IMG/VR virus record: IMGVR_UViG_3300037424_000623
Span: 1 to 43,258 of that record
Length of the DNA: 43,258 nucleotides
Reading direction: 5' to 3' (one strand)
From: a virus
Taxonomy: Duplodnaviria; Caudoviricetes
The notes under the pieces are model-generated. The model was given only the letters and a program-made list of their open reading frames with translations. It was not told the DNA's origin and ran no database searches. The position numbers and the translations under genes are program-made. The stretch's first letter is position 1; each line of letters opens with the position of its first letter. Positions 17,419 through 26,073 of the stretch are shown here, piece after piece.

Positions 17419-18795
17419 CTATCTATTAATCACATATCTGTCTCGAAATTCCTGGCTTTTGTCATATCCCCAGGCTTTAATTCCCAATTGCTTACAGGCT
17501 TTAAGCGTCTTACCGCTCCCAAGAAAAGGTACTACACATTGAGACACTGCGGTCTTGTTCGCTACAGTCGGAATTATATCAAGAAGTAAATCCAATGGTC
17601 GCTCAGTTGGATGGATTTTTTCCTTATCCGGAACCATGTCGTAAGCGAAAACATTCTTTGCCCCGAACCTACCTAAGATTGGCATACCTTTTCGAAGTAT
17701 AAAGAAAGGCTCATACACGTTAGATAGGTTTACTCTTGGCTGTTTGTTTTGCCCGGACGAGTTGGTCTTATACCATATTCCAGGAATTGGACTGACAGAA
17801 AAGCCCGCCGAACTAGCGGTCTTATAAACCATATCATACCACTCAATACCGAACCAATAGATCACACGAGAATTTATCCCTAATAGGCGATAAAATTCAG
17901 ACATTAATTGTCGGGTCCAGTCAGGATATGCTTCTTTAGAAATCTCATTATACGAATCAAGCATAGATGGCTTAGATTCCTTGGTTTCTTGTAGGTCTAT
18001 TGCATAGGGTGGATCACACTCAATCAACGCATAGTCTCCATAGCTACCATCTTTCATATCTTTAGCAGCAAGGAAAAAATCTCCGACTATGTATTCGGGT
18101 ACGGAAGGTAAGATTTTGTTTCCTAGTTCGTCCGTAATTCCTTCCCGCTTTAACTGGTCGATGCGGCTAAGAATATCTTGCATTTCTGCCTTGGCCTTCT
18201 CCTTAACATCAGGAGGGATTTCCGGCTGGGTTTCTTGTTGCGTAGGTATTACTTCTTTTACTTCCTCGGGTCTGTCCGCAAGTTCCTTAGTATATATAGC
18301 TTCTTCAAGCGCACTGATCTTTTGCAGAGCTGCCTTTTCCGACTCAGAGTTTATAAGCTCCGGCAGCTCCTTTAACCAAGCAACGAGTTGTAATTGATTA
18401 TTGACCGTGGATTTTCCAATCCCCAACAGAGCCGCGGTATCTCGCTGAGACCATTTATAGTCTTTCGACTTATGTGCTTCATGTAGCTTAGCAATCCCAA
18501 ACGCTCGCTCGGCCCAGCTAAAATCCTCGCGTTGAAAATTTTCGATAAACTCAATATCAAGATCGTCGAGAGTATCGGCGGTAGGAAGAATTCTGGCATC
18601 CAATTCGATCCACTTAATCAACTTAGCCGCAGTGATCCGCCTACCTCCAGCGACCAGCTTCATATTCTTATTCAGAATAATTGGAGTGATTTGCCCCTTA
18701 GTCTTCAGACTTTCCCCAAGGCTCTCTATGTTCTGATACTCCTTCCTCATCCGCTCTTCGATGATGATGTCATCAATCTTTACCTTTTGTATCAT
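17419..18795 (-). CDS. ParB/Srx N-terminal domain + HTH fused to N6A/N4C DNA methyltransferase
   Basis: GQITPIIL, LVAGGRRITA, ENFQRED (ParB); WSQRDTAALLGIGKSTV (HTH); DPPY, HPTERP and PFLGSG (beta-class amino-MTase). Confidence 0.9.
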   Translation of the reverse strand: MIQKVKIDDIIIEERMRKEYQNIESLGESLKTKGQITPIILNKNMKLVAGGRRITAAKLIKWIELDARILPTADTLDDLDIEFIENFQREDFSWAERAFGIAKLHEAHKSKDYKWSQRDTAALLGIGKSTVNNQLQLVAWLKELPELINSESEKAALQKISALEEAIYTKELADRPEEVKEVIPTQQETQPEIPPDVKEKAKAEMQDILSRIDQLKREGITDELGNKILPSVPEYIVGDFFLAAKDMKDGSYGDYALIECDPPYAIDLQETKESKPSMLDSYNEISKEAYPDWTRQLMSEFYRLLGINSRVIYWFGIEWYDMVYKTASSAGFSVSPIPGIWYKTNSSGQNKQPRVNLSNVYEPFFILRKGMPILGRFGAKNVFAYDMVPDKEKIHPTERPLDLLLDIIPTVANKTAVSQCVVPFLGSGKTLKACKQLGIKAWGYDKSQEFRDRYVINR

Positions 18796-19021
18796 CTAGC
18801 CCAAGCTCCATTATAAGTTGTTCCTTAGTCAGCCCCATCTTCTTAGCCAGGGCTAAGATACCTTTCTTTTGAGTTTTTGTAGTTGTTCGATGGACCTTTT
18901 CAACCTGCTTTACTGTCTGCACCCTACCCCGACGAATCCCCTCAATCTTCTCACGAAGTTCTTGGGGCGACATCTGCACCGCTCTCTTTTGAATATCATC
19001 CAGCTGCATTTTATCCTCCAA
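18773..19021 (-). CDS. Hypothetical basic protein
   Basis: 82 aa, overlaps its neighbours in the operon. Confidence 0.6.
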   Translation of the reverse strand: MEDKMQLDDIQKRAVQMSPQELREKIEGIRRGRVQTVKQVEKVHRTTTKTQKKGILALAKKMGLTKEQLIMELGLDDTKGKD

Positions 19022-19217
19022 GAACTTTTTCTTGCAAACGAATATTTTTACTCATAGCTATATAGTGTTTATCCAAGCTGTCTGATTTAGGCTTGAATTC
19101 ACGATATGCTATAAGCAGCGATCGAACTACCGCAGACTTGAAACGTTCGGGAATACTGTCCAGAATAGCTTCAGTTTCCGAATCAAGACTAACGTGCGTA
19201 CTTTTGTACTTACCCAT
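19011..19217 (-). CDS. Putative ribbon-helix-helix DNA-binding protein
   Basis: STHVSLDSETEAILDSI...KSAVVRSLL follows the RHH pattern. Confidence 0.5.
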   Translation of the reverse strand: MGKYKSTHVSLDSETEAILDSIPERFKSAVVRSLLIAYREFKPKSDSLDKHYIAMSKNIRLQEKVLGG

Positions 19218-19273
19218 ATTTTATGCCTATAAAGGTCCGAGCAGGGAGACACCTCCCCGCCCAGAAGTTTTTG

Positions 19274-19690
19274 CTAAGCAGCGATTTCAGGCCATTTCGG
19301 TTCGTTCACCCACCGACCATTGGTGTTCTTCACTTTGTCCAAGAACAATGTAGCGTGTTCACCGTTCAGGCTGTTAACATCAAACTGCTGACCAGGAGAT
19401 GCAGTGACTTCAAAAGCCTGCAAGAATCGTTTAAGATTTTGCAGAATGAACTTATGGCAGCCTTGATATGGAAGCATGATATTGAAGAATACCGGAGAAG
19501 TTCCTTCCGGAGCGCCTTGGATATCAAGCTTTCCAGAAATCATAGGATTTCTTTTCTCTTTCGAGAGTTTCATTTCCGCATCGGTAATGACCACAGTGTA
19601 CCAGTTAGGCTCCACTGGAACATCTTCCTTAACATCGTCCCAATTTTCTGGCAAAGCAAAAACTGTACTTCCTAATACTTCGTCACTCAT
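19274..19690 (-). CDS. DUF669-like single-stranded DNA-binding protein
   Basis: VEPNWYTVVITDAEMKLSKEKRNPMI and LKRFLQAF motifs; directly downstream of the AAA_24 ATPase. Confidence 0.7.
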   Translation of the reverse strand: MSDEVLGSTVFALPENWDDVKEDVPVEPNWYTVVITDAEMKLSKEKRNPMISGKLDIQGAPEGTSPVFFNIMLPYQGCHKFILQNLKRFLQAFEVTASPGQQFDVNSLNGEHATLFLDKVKNTNGRWVNEPKWPEIAA

Positions 19691-19721
19691 TTGATACTCC
19701 GTAAATAATTATGAGAGATAT

Positions 19722-19738
19722 TGTCCAAATATTGGACA
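19722..19738. promoter_or_regulatory. Palindrome TGTCCA-N5-TGGACA, copy 3 (intergenic, upstream of SSB)
   Basis: attgtccaaatattggacaat. Confidence 0.75.
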
Positions 19739-19787
19739 ATTTGAGAAGGTAATAAAACGTCCTCTTTATATAGCTGCCCTGAGGACT

Positions 19788-20648
19788 TTAGGGCATTGCG
19801 TTCTTCGGTTGATTTTTGATGATGGCTCCAAGACCATAGTTCTGAGGATGCGAAAAGTCTTTTATCGTCACATCCACTTTCGGCGGAAGCCCGGCGAAAG
19901 AAGTTCTGATTGCTTCAGAATAGATATCTGGCGCTGTTTGTAAAGTATAGGCGACACCATCTTTGTTTGATAAGGCAGTACAACGCATTAGATGGTTTAC
20001 CTTCGTGATACAACGTTGACCAGCTTTTCCAGTTAGGAGTGGACGGAACATAATTCTCTTTGTGATCTCGTCCTTGTCTGGCTCATCATGGACGAGAAAG
20101 AAACAGTTCATTGGAAGGCGGGTTATTTGATCAAACCAACTCTCAATGAGCCGACCAGCGGCAGTATAATCGTTCATGTTAGGATTATGTGCTGCGCGGC
20201 CATCTTTTGCCATTACCGCGTCAATTGCGTGGCCCTGGAGGGATGTTATGGTGTCAGTTACTATATTTTGATAGACACCAGGTATGATCCCATCGGCTAC
20301 GAGTTTGTTTAAGAAAGCTCCTATGTCAAGGAATACTCGACCAGTTTCTCTCTTTTGCCCAGGATTTGGAATCACCATTTTTCCGTCGGCAACGTTCTTC
20401 ATGTCCTTCGTTGTGTAAGGAGTAAGATCTTGTTGCTCAGGAAGTATTTCAATCAGGTCGATTTCGCCGGAGGAAAACTTTTGATAAGCTCCCCGGGCAG
20501 ATACATCAAAGGCAAGGACAAGAGTCTTGCCTGGCATAGTACCTACAAGAGTTGATTTACCCCCTCCGGCCGGACCGACCAGAATGAAGTTGTCATTTAG
20601 AAACTTCGGAAGATCTACAGCCCTCACGATTTTTAACTCGTTCGTCAT
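19788..20648 (-). CDS. AAA_24/Sak4-like ATPase (recombinase)
   Basis: GPAGGGKS Walker A, IVTDTITSL Walker B, FLVHD, RPLLTGK; synteny with SSB and nuclease. Confidence 0.8.
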   Translation of the reverse strand: MTNELKIVRAVDLPKFLNDNFILVGPAGGGKSTLVGTMPGKTLVLAFDVSARGAYQKFSSGEIDLIEILPEQQDLTPYTTKDMKNVADGKMVIPNPGQKRETGRVFLDIGAFLNKLVADGIIPGVYQNIVTDTITSLQGHAIDAVMAKDGRAAHNPNMNDYTAAGRLIESWFDQITRLPMNCFFLVHDEPDKDEITKRIMFRPLLTGKAGQRCITKVNHLMRCTALSNKDGVAYTLQTAPDIYSEAIRTSFAGLPPKVDVTIKDFSHPQNYGLGAIIKNQPKNAMP

Positions 20649-20814
20649 TTATCTCCAATTTTGCTTTGGTTATGAGATAGATTGCCTCAATGTATGGGAA
20701 TAAGCGATCGGGACAATGTTCGAGAAGATAATCAATTCGATCGCTCATAACTTTACAATGAGGGCAATAGGAAGAGCCTGCTATTTGCAAGCTGCTACAG
20801 ATTGCGCAGCGCAT
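20593..20814 (-). CDS. Small Zn-finger protein
   Basis: CAIC...CPHC. Confidence 0.5.
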   Translation of the reverse strand: MRCAICSSLQIAGSSYCPHCKVMSDRIDYLLEHCPDRLFPYIEAIYLITKAKLEINDERVKNREGCRSSEVSK

Positions 20815-20816
20815 AG

Positions 20817-21020
20817 TTATAGTCCTTTAGATCCAGGCCGTTCAGGTAAAAAGGTATTATCAACGCATTTAAATACTACTCTTCCAGTCATAGTCCTATA
20901 ACACCAAGTTTCGCCTACTTTGGTTTTTACAAAAGTTCTTGCTACGCTGTTATATGATGATCCATCCATTATACCAGGAGCTAATTTTGCAGCTAACCAA
21001 CGCCGAAATTTTCTTACCAT
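20817..21020 (-). CDS. Hypothetical protein
   Basis: 67 aa, GAGGAG RBS. Confidence 0.55.
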   Translation of the reverse strand: MVRKFRRWLAAKLAPGIMDGSSYNSVARTFVKTKVGETWCYRTMTGRVVFKCVDNTFLPERPGSKGL

Positions 21021-21021
21021 T

Positions 21022-22047
21022 TTATTCTCCTCGTGTCTTCATAATCAACGCCTTTAATTCTTCTTCATCAAAAGGCTCCCATTTTTCTATCTTGAAACCG
21101 ATTGGTTGAGCAATTTCATTCCAAGGCTCACAGATTACCCGGCAGACATTATAGAACTTACAAAAGCCATACTTTGTTCCACAAGCCTCAGGATTACGTA
21201 CGAATCGATGAGGTCCTTGTTGGACGTCGCGAAGAATGTTGTTTACATACTGGGCAGTTTCATCGAACCAGGTATATAGGCTACTCAGATCACGATGATA
21301 TTCGTACATCTCCAGAATATCGTAGTGGTCTTTCTTAATCTGCGCTGCATCGATTACCATAGATTCACAGGAGCCATGCGTCATTATGGTAGTGTAGTAA
21401 TACCCATCGACCTGAGAATCTATATGGAATTGGGCTACAAATTGTTGCTGGAATCCTCCATTCGTGGCATATAGAGTGGAGGTTTTTGTATCAAGGATAT
21501 GGATCTTCTTGTCCAGCCGATAGACTAAGTCACGTCTTCCGATTAACAAGACCTCGGTTAGCGGTTGGTGACAGTACAAGCAGTATTTATTGTCCTCCCA
21601 ATATGTCGGAGAGAGCTTATTCATACAATAGGGACAAGTATGCTTAATGAATAGAGGCACAGCAAAAGGCTCTTCGATTTCAAGAATCTCAATCTGCATT
21701 AGCCAATGATAGTACTTATCAAGCCAATGATTGAGAGATTCTTCGGCGACTGAGGGAACTCTCGGAAACCAGATAGAAAGATCCTCTACACTCGATGGAC
21801 CTCCTCGCTTTTCCCATTCTTTATTGAAAGCGATCATAGCAACTTCGAGAAGGTTGCATTTTTCAAGCTCGTCTTTGTGCCTAAAGATCACAGCCTTCGC
21901 TTCGTGATACGCTCCTCCAAAGACTAATGCTGAGGAAGTATTGAGCGGGGTCCAGTAGAGCATGTGAGAGAGTTGATATTCTCGCTTGCAATGCTTATAG
22001 GACTTGATCCGGCTGTTGTCATAGGTTAGGATTTGCTGGGTGGGCAT
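21022..22047 (-). CDS. PD-(D/E)XK exonuclease, Cas4/RecB-like
   Basis: NSRIKSYKHC, GRRDLV...ILDTKT, QVDGY, C-terminal C......C.F..VC. Confidence 0.85.
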   Translation of the reverse strand: MPTQQILTYDNSRIKSYKHCKREYQLSHMLYWTPLNTSSALVFGGAYHEAKAVIFRHKDELEKCNLLEVAMIAFNKEWEKRGGPSSVEDLSIWFPRVPSVAEESLNHWLDKYYHWLMQIEILEIEEPFAVPLFIKHTCPYCMNKLSPTYWEDNKYCLYCHQPLTEVLLIGRRDLVYRLDKKIHILDTKTSTLYATNGGFQQQFVAQFHIDSQVDGYYYTTIMTHGSCESMVIDAAQIKKDHYDILEMYEYHRDLSSLYTWFDETAQYVNNILRDVQQGPHRFVRNPEACGTKYGFCKFYNVCRVICEPWNEIAQPIGFKIEKWEPFDEEELKALIMKTRGE

Positions 22048-22721
22048 TCGTCCTCCTTAATACAATCAGAATGTAATGATTCCAATTCGTCATTCAGCGA
22101 TCGCATATATGCTTCTGGATCGAAGATACCAGCAACCTTTAATAAAGCATCAGCGAATGCTAAGCAGAGAAAGTTTATTGCAATGTCAATATTCTGGTCC
22201 GCAAGGGATAAGTACCGTTTTGATTCTCGTTGGAGCATTTGTCGAACAGCTTCTTTGGCCCTATCGTCGTGATAGATAGCCAATATAGGCTTTGCCAGTG
22301 TCTCACGAGCGGCCGTATGCGCATCGTATTTCTCCTTCAGAGCCTGATAATAGGCAAGCTCGGTCGAATAAATTTTACTTTCTTCATCTCGATTTCTTTG
22401 CTCGTCATCGGTAACAAAGATGCAGTCTTCGATTGCCAGGTGCCTTTCTAAAGGATCAAAGTAGTGCAAATGCCAAATGTTACGCAGATTTTTGCGCAAA
22501 CAATCTTGTAGTGCCTCTGCAGATTCCCTAGTTTTAAAGACTATATCGACAATTTTGTACGAGTTAAATGCCTCGGTATACTCTGGCTTCACGGGAGCCT
22601 CAGGAGCTTGATCCTGTAAGGGAACTCCCGCTTCGGCGCAAGCGATGTCAACTAGCCGTGTAAGATCCGAGTCGTTTAACGCGATGATCTCATCATGAGT
22701 CATTTCAGTGATTTTTTTCAT
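22026..22721 (-). CDS. Hypothetical protein
   Basis: 231 aa helical ORF with GAGG RBS. Confidence 0.7.
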   Translation of the reverse strand: MKKITEMTHDEIIALNDSDLTRLVDIACAEAGVPLQDQAPEAPVKPEYTEAFNSYKIVDIVFKTRESAEALQDCLRKNLRNIWHLHYFDPLERHLAIEDCIFVTDDEQRNRDEESKIYSTELAYYQALKEKYDAHTAARETLAKPILAIYHDDRAKEAVRQMLQRESKRYLSLADQNIDIAINFLCLAFADALLKVAGIFDPEAYMRSLNDELESLHSDCIKEDECPPSKS

Positions 22722-22825
22722 TTTCTTTTCCTCTCCAAAAGAAGTTAAAAAGAACTACACCCCCTACTAGGATATGGTAGGAGATGTAGTTCCTATAAAG
22801 TTTGTTTCTGAAATTACTTGATGGG

Positions 22826-23257
22826 TTATTCCTCAGCGCCTGCGTCCTCAGAATCTTCGTCTTCCAGGAATTCTTCCTCATCCATATTGGCGATAAGGGC
22901 CAGCAATTCCTCTTTAGATAGACCTTTACCAGCACGTTTCAAACGCTCTTGCGGAGACAATTTGGAACGGTTTCCCCCTGTAAGTTTCCAGTTCTTCATA
23001 TATTCGAGCACTTCCTCGTCAGTCTTGATAGGGAGTCCGGTTTCCTTGACTTCCAGAGCGAGCTGCCCACGACCGGCTGCTTGAGCTTTGATGATATACT
23101 GAGCTTTGAAGACGTCGAAGACTACTTTTTCGGAGAACATCGACTTTGCTTCGTCTAGATCATCTGGAACCGGCAGGCCGATTGTGAGACTTCGCTCTTT
23201 TTCTTTCCCGGCATTCGCCGTCATAATAACTTTTTCAACTTGCATTGATTGCTCCAT
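22826..23257 (-). CDS. Hypothetical protein with acidic tail
   Basis: 143 aa ending MDEEEFLEDEDSEDAGAEE. Confidence 0.7.
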   Translation of the reverse strand: MEQSMQVEKVIMTANAGKEKERSLTIGLPVPDDLDEAKSMFSEKVVFDVFKAQYIIKAQAAGRGQLALEVKETGLPIKTDEEVLEYMKNWKLTGGNRSKLSPQERLKRAGKGLSKEELLALIANMDEEEFLEDEDSEDAGAEE

Positions 23258-23288
23258 AGATTGTTAAAATGCCCCTCTCCATAAGAGT

Positions 23289-23577
23289 ATCCCAAGACGA
23301 GGGGACTTTGAGTAGGCTATGAATTATTGGTCAGGCACAATTCACGCTGCTTCGCCGTACAAATTGTTGGTCTGTCAGGTTCATAGCCTACCTGGTCCTG
23401 GGATGATAAGGGAAAAAATCCCTTAGAAGGGCGATTAAGTAATCATGTAGTTTTTCCCTGACACTATTGACTACTAATCTCAAGGTCATATCGCTTAGCT
23501 ATTCGGTTTAGTCAGTATAGCCCGAATCAACTTACGTGACATCTCCCACCTATCTGATGATTCACATTAATCGCCCT
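23289..23577 (-). ncRNA. Candidate structured non-coding RNA or leader
   Basis: ORF-free stretch with nested inverted repeats: 23312-23323/23380-23391 (12 bp perfect), 23289-23298/23395-23404, and 23428-23438/23567-23577 (11 bp perfect). Strand inferred from the operon. Confidence 0.5.
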
Positions 23578-23587
23578 GCTAAAAGAT

Positions 23588-23749
23588 CTAGTCTTCTGAT
23601 TTTTCGCAGCTGTCAGGATTTAATTCACAAGTTATCTGCTGCGATAAATCTTGCTTTATTTTCCACATCTGGTCCTGGAACAATAATGCCCAGGTAACTG
23701 CGTGGAGGATTAGCAAGTAAATCGTAAGGAACATTAGTTTTTTATCCAA
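23588..23749 (-). CDS. Small membrane protein (53 aa, TTG start)
   Basis: AAAGGAG RBS; MDKKLMFLTIYLLILHAVTWALLFQDQ...; below the ORF track cut-off. Confidence 0.5.
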   Translation of the reverse strand: MDKKLMFLTIYLLILHAVTWALLFQDQMWKIKQDLSQQITCELNPDSCEKSED

Positions 23750-23812
23750 TTTTTTCTCCTTTTCCAAATTAGCCAGGCAGTAACAAAGCCAAGCATATTG
23801 ATAATTCTTTTC

Positions 23813-24001
23813 TCATAATTTTTTTACAGGCAATTCCCAAAAACACCAATCCGGAAATTCCGGACCAATTATCTTATGCCTTAACTCATCAACTTGAGTT
23901 ACTACGACTATACTTCCCTTCGGTATTTGTTTTATGCTAATTTTTCCCCCTAGGGAAAAATTTAACACTACCTCATAGGTTCCCGGTTCTTTTGTTTCCA
24001 T
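23813..24001 (-). CDS. Hypothetical protein
   Basis: 62 aa, GGAGG RBS. Confidence 0.6.
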   Translation of the reverse strand: METKEPGTYEVVLNFSLGGKISIKQIPKGSIVVVTQVDELRHKIIGPEFPDWCFWELPVKKL

Positions 24002-24009
24002 AAATCCTC

Positions 24010-24153
24010 CTACCTTTTTGTTAATACAACATTTATATAAACTATCATGAAATTTGCTAACAGCTTTTTCTCTTTTGATTCTGGCGCGATGTCAAGAGCT
24101 AGGCCTAAAAGAAATTCAGCCACTAATAGTCTAAGTTGCTTAATTATTTTCAT
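24010..24153 (-). CDS. Hypothetical protein (47 aa)
   Basis: Start moved to MKIIKQLR (AAGGA RBS) because the longer ORF runs through the tRNA-like element. Confidence 0.5.
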   Translation of the reverse strand: MKIIKQLRLLVAEFLLGLALDIAPESKEKKLLANFMIVYINVVLTKR

Positions 24154-24172
24154 TGTTTTCCTTTTGTCTGCC

Positions 24173-24271
24173 GGGAGCGGGCAGGATTCGAACCTGCAAC
24201 AGCTATACGCTGATTTGTGACACTGTAACGATTGGGTACGTACTCGGCGTCTGCTTTCCGCCACCGCTCCC
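24173..24271 (-). ncRNA. tRNA-like element with non-canonical anticodon region
   Basis: Acceptor GGGAGCGG/CCGCTCCC, D arm TGGCGGAAAGCAGACGCC, T arm GCAGG-TTCGAAT-CCTGC; no canonical anticodon arm. Confidence 0.7.
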
Positions 24272-24385
24272 ACGTTATTATAGCTAAGTAACAATGTACG
24301 CTATTACAGCGCTTAGCAATATTCCCCAGGTTATTCCAGAAAGGAATGCTAGGGTTATTTGTTTTTCTACACTCATGATATTCTC

Positions 24386-24877
24386 CTATTCTGAAAATTC
24401 TGAGAAATCAAAAAGATCCCCAATACCTTCAAGATCCTGTTCCTGCGCAGCCTTTTCGAGATCTTCGCCAAATTCTTGATGCGCCCTTCCAGCAGTGGAT
24501 GTTTGTTCCTCAATCTCTCTGATCTGCTCAAGGGTTTCAATTGCCGTACCTTTAGGTAAGTTTTCTGCCTTGAATTCTCGAAGAGCTAAATCGGCTTCTT
24601 CGTTTGATATTGGCTTAATATCACCATTCTTTATATGCTGGGCGATCAAGGAATCAAAAAGAACTTGGAAGGCCCATTGGACAGTTCGACCCTCCGGCTT
24701 ACCGCCGAGGAATCTTACAAGTTGAATCGCCTGCCATACCTGGGCTCGCGTCGGTTGAACCCGGACAGTTGTCCGAGTGCTACGCGCAACGGCTCGTTGT
24801 TCTTGTGATACTACTAGCTCCCCACTGGAAGCTTTCTCGCCTTTGTATGCGAGATCATTTTTCTGTTGGTCGAGCAT
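24386..24877 (-). CDS. Hypothetical protein (acidic C-terminus)
   Basis: 163 aa, AAGGA RBS. Confidence 0.65.
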   Translation of the reverse strand: MLDQQKNDLAYKGEKASSGELVVSQEQRAVARSTRTTVRVQPTRAQVWQAIQLVRFLGGKPEGRTVQWAFQVLFDSLIAQHIKNGDIKPISNEEADLALREFKAENLPKGTAIETLEQIREIEEQTSTAGRAHQEFGEDLEKAAQEQDLEGIGDLFDFSEFSE

Positions 24878-24975
24878 TTTTTCCTTATATAAAAACCAGT
24901 TGGGAGGGTTTTGAATCTACTAGATGCCTGGGTAAATTCTAGCCCTCCCTACCGGCCCTCTTTGGGAGAGAGGAA

Positions 24976-25203
24976 TTATTGCCTCGGGGTTATTTTTTGA
25001 ATGATCCACTTAGTAGCTTTTGCCACGTCGGTAGGAGGAATATTCTCAGTCCTCCAAACCTGGACGATAGCAAAGCCGAAGGGATTATTATTTCCCCCAG
25101 ACTCAGCGATTACAAGATCTCGTGGTTGCAGATCGAGATCCGTCATGAATGTATAAGGCTTCGCCTGAAAAGGCGAATAGACGCACTGGACTATTTTAGT
25201 CAT
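24976..25203 (-). CDS. Hypothetical protein
   Basis: Start moved to MTKIVQCV (GGGAG RBS); KPYTFMTDLDL...KATKWIIQK. Confidence 0.65.
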   Translation of the reverse strand: MTKIVQCVYSPFQAKPYTFMTDLDLQPRDLVIAESGGNNNPFGFAIVQVWRTENIPPTDVAKATKWIIQKITPRQ

Positions 25204-25231
25204 TAGGTCTCCCATTTTTAAGATGTTAATT

Positions 25232-25311
25232 TGGAGGAGAGTATAGGATTCGAACCTATAGACCCAAAGGTCAGGGGATTTCAAATCCCCCAACCACTCT
25301 GCCAACTCTCC
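25232..25311 (-). tRNA. tRNA-Ser(UGA)-like with shortened D arm, CCA encoded
   Basis: Acceptor GGAGAGT/ACTCTCC, anticodon stem GGGGA/TCCCC with loop TTTGAAA, variable arm GACC/GGTC, T arm ATAGG-TTCGAAT-CCTAT, then T-CCA. Confidence 0.75.
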
Positions 25312-25412
25312 AATATTCTAATGAATACCAAAAGAAGGGAGACCTAAATTTACAATCTTAATCATTTTTTCTCCCCCGTATTTTGAGGTTTTATTGTCCA
25401 TTACATACCATA

Positions 25413-25441
25413 AATGTACATACAATGGACGGTTTTGTCAA
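25413..25441 (-). promoter_or_regulatory. Sigma70-type promoter overlapped by a degenerate palindrome copy
   Basis: TTGACA-17 nt-TACATT on the - strand upstream of the tRNA; TGTACA-N5-TGGACG at 25415-25431 covers the spacer and -10. Confidence 0.6.
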
Positions 25442-25470
25442 GTTGCTTGGGCAACATTTTTTACCAGAAA

Positions 25471-26064
25471 TTACGATTTTTTCACAAGTTCCAAACAATT
25501 TTCAGGCCAGGAATAATGATTTTCCTTACATACCCATACCGGTTGATTAGTGGCTTCGACATAGTCATTCCGCTTTGTGGGCCACTCGATAGTAATCGTC
25601 GTATCGATATAGCGGTGCATACTTCTATCCCAAGATAATTTCTCAGTCCAATATCTTATTCTTTCAGTTACTCGGGCGGTATCTCCAGGTTTGAATTTGG
25701 ATTCCTGCCTTTGCTCACGTACAAATTCGTTTAGACCGGTTATTGTCTCCTCGACAGGTGATAAAGGTATATCCCACTCTATTGGATAATGAGTGGCAGG
25801 ATCGACACCTATTACGTATCCGGATTTCCCATCTAAATCATCTTCCCGCTTCCATAACCCAGGAGTTTTGTCCAATTTCGGGACAATATAAGTGGGATCG
25901 TTAAGCAGGGCATCTCGACGACGGAATTCGTCCCGGGAGATTTCGGTCCAGGGAGCATAGGCGTTATCTAAGACGCATTGCTCTGGAGTATCGCCATCAT
26001 TCAAGGTTAACAATGTACAATTCTTAATGCAATCAGCGCAAGACCAATAGATCGGTTTGCTCAT
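25471..26064 (-). CDS. Hypothetical protein
   Basis: 197 aa; CxxC N-terminus; FKPGDTARV...WPENCLE C-terminal SH3/KOW-like segment. Confidence 0.65.
   Translation of the reverse strand: MSKPIYWSCADCIKNCTLLTLNDGDTPEQCVLDNAYAPWTEISRDEFRRRDALLNDPTYIVPKLDKTPGLWKREDDLDGKSGYVIGVDPATHYPIEWDIPLSPVEETITGLNEFVREQRQESKFKPGDTARVTERIRYWTEKLSWDRSMHRYIDTTITIEWPTKRNDYVEATNQPVWVCKENHYSWPENCLELVKKS
25869..25885. promoter_or_regulatory. Palindrome variant TGTCCA-N5-GGGACA (intragenic)
   Basis: ttgtccaatttcgggacaa, one mismatch. Confidence 0.55.
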
Positions 26065-26073
26065 TCGTTTCTC

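Noticed and set aside
21510-21526. TGTCCA-N5-TAGACT as another palindrome copy
   Set aside because: Two mismatches inside a coding region is within chance expectation.
23598-23650. Hairpin GATTTTTCGCAGC/GCTGCGATAAATC as part of the ncRNA
   Set aside because: It lies within a plausible 53 aa ORF with a strong RBS, so it was left out of the ncRNA call.
25232-25311. Possible selenocysteine or opal suppressor tRNA
   Set aside because: The anticodon is UGA (reads the Ser codon UCA), not UCA, and genes end normally at all three stop codons.
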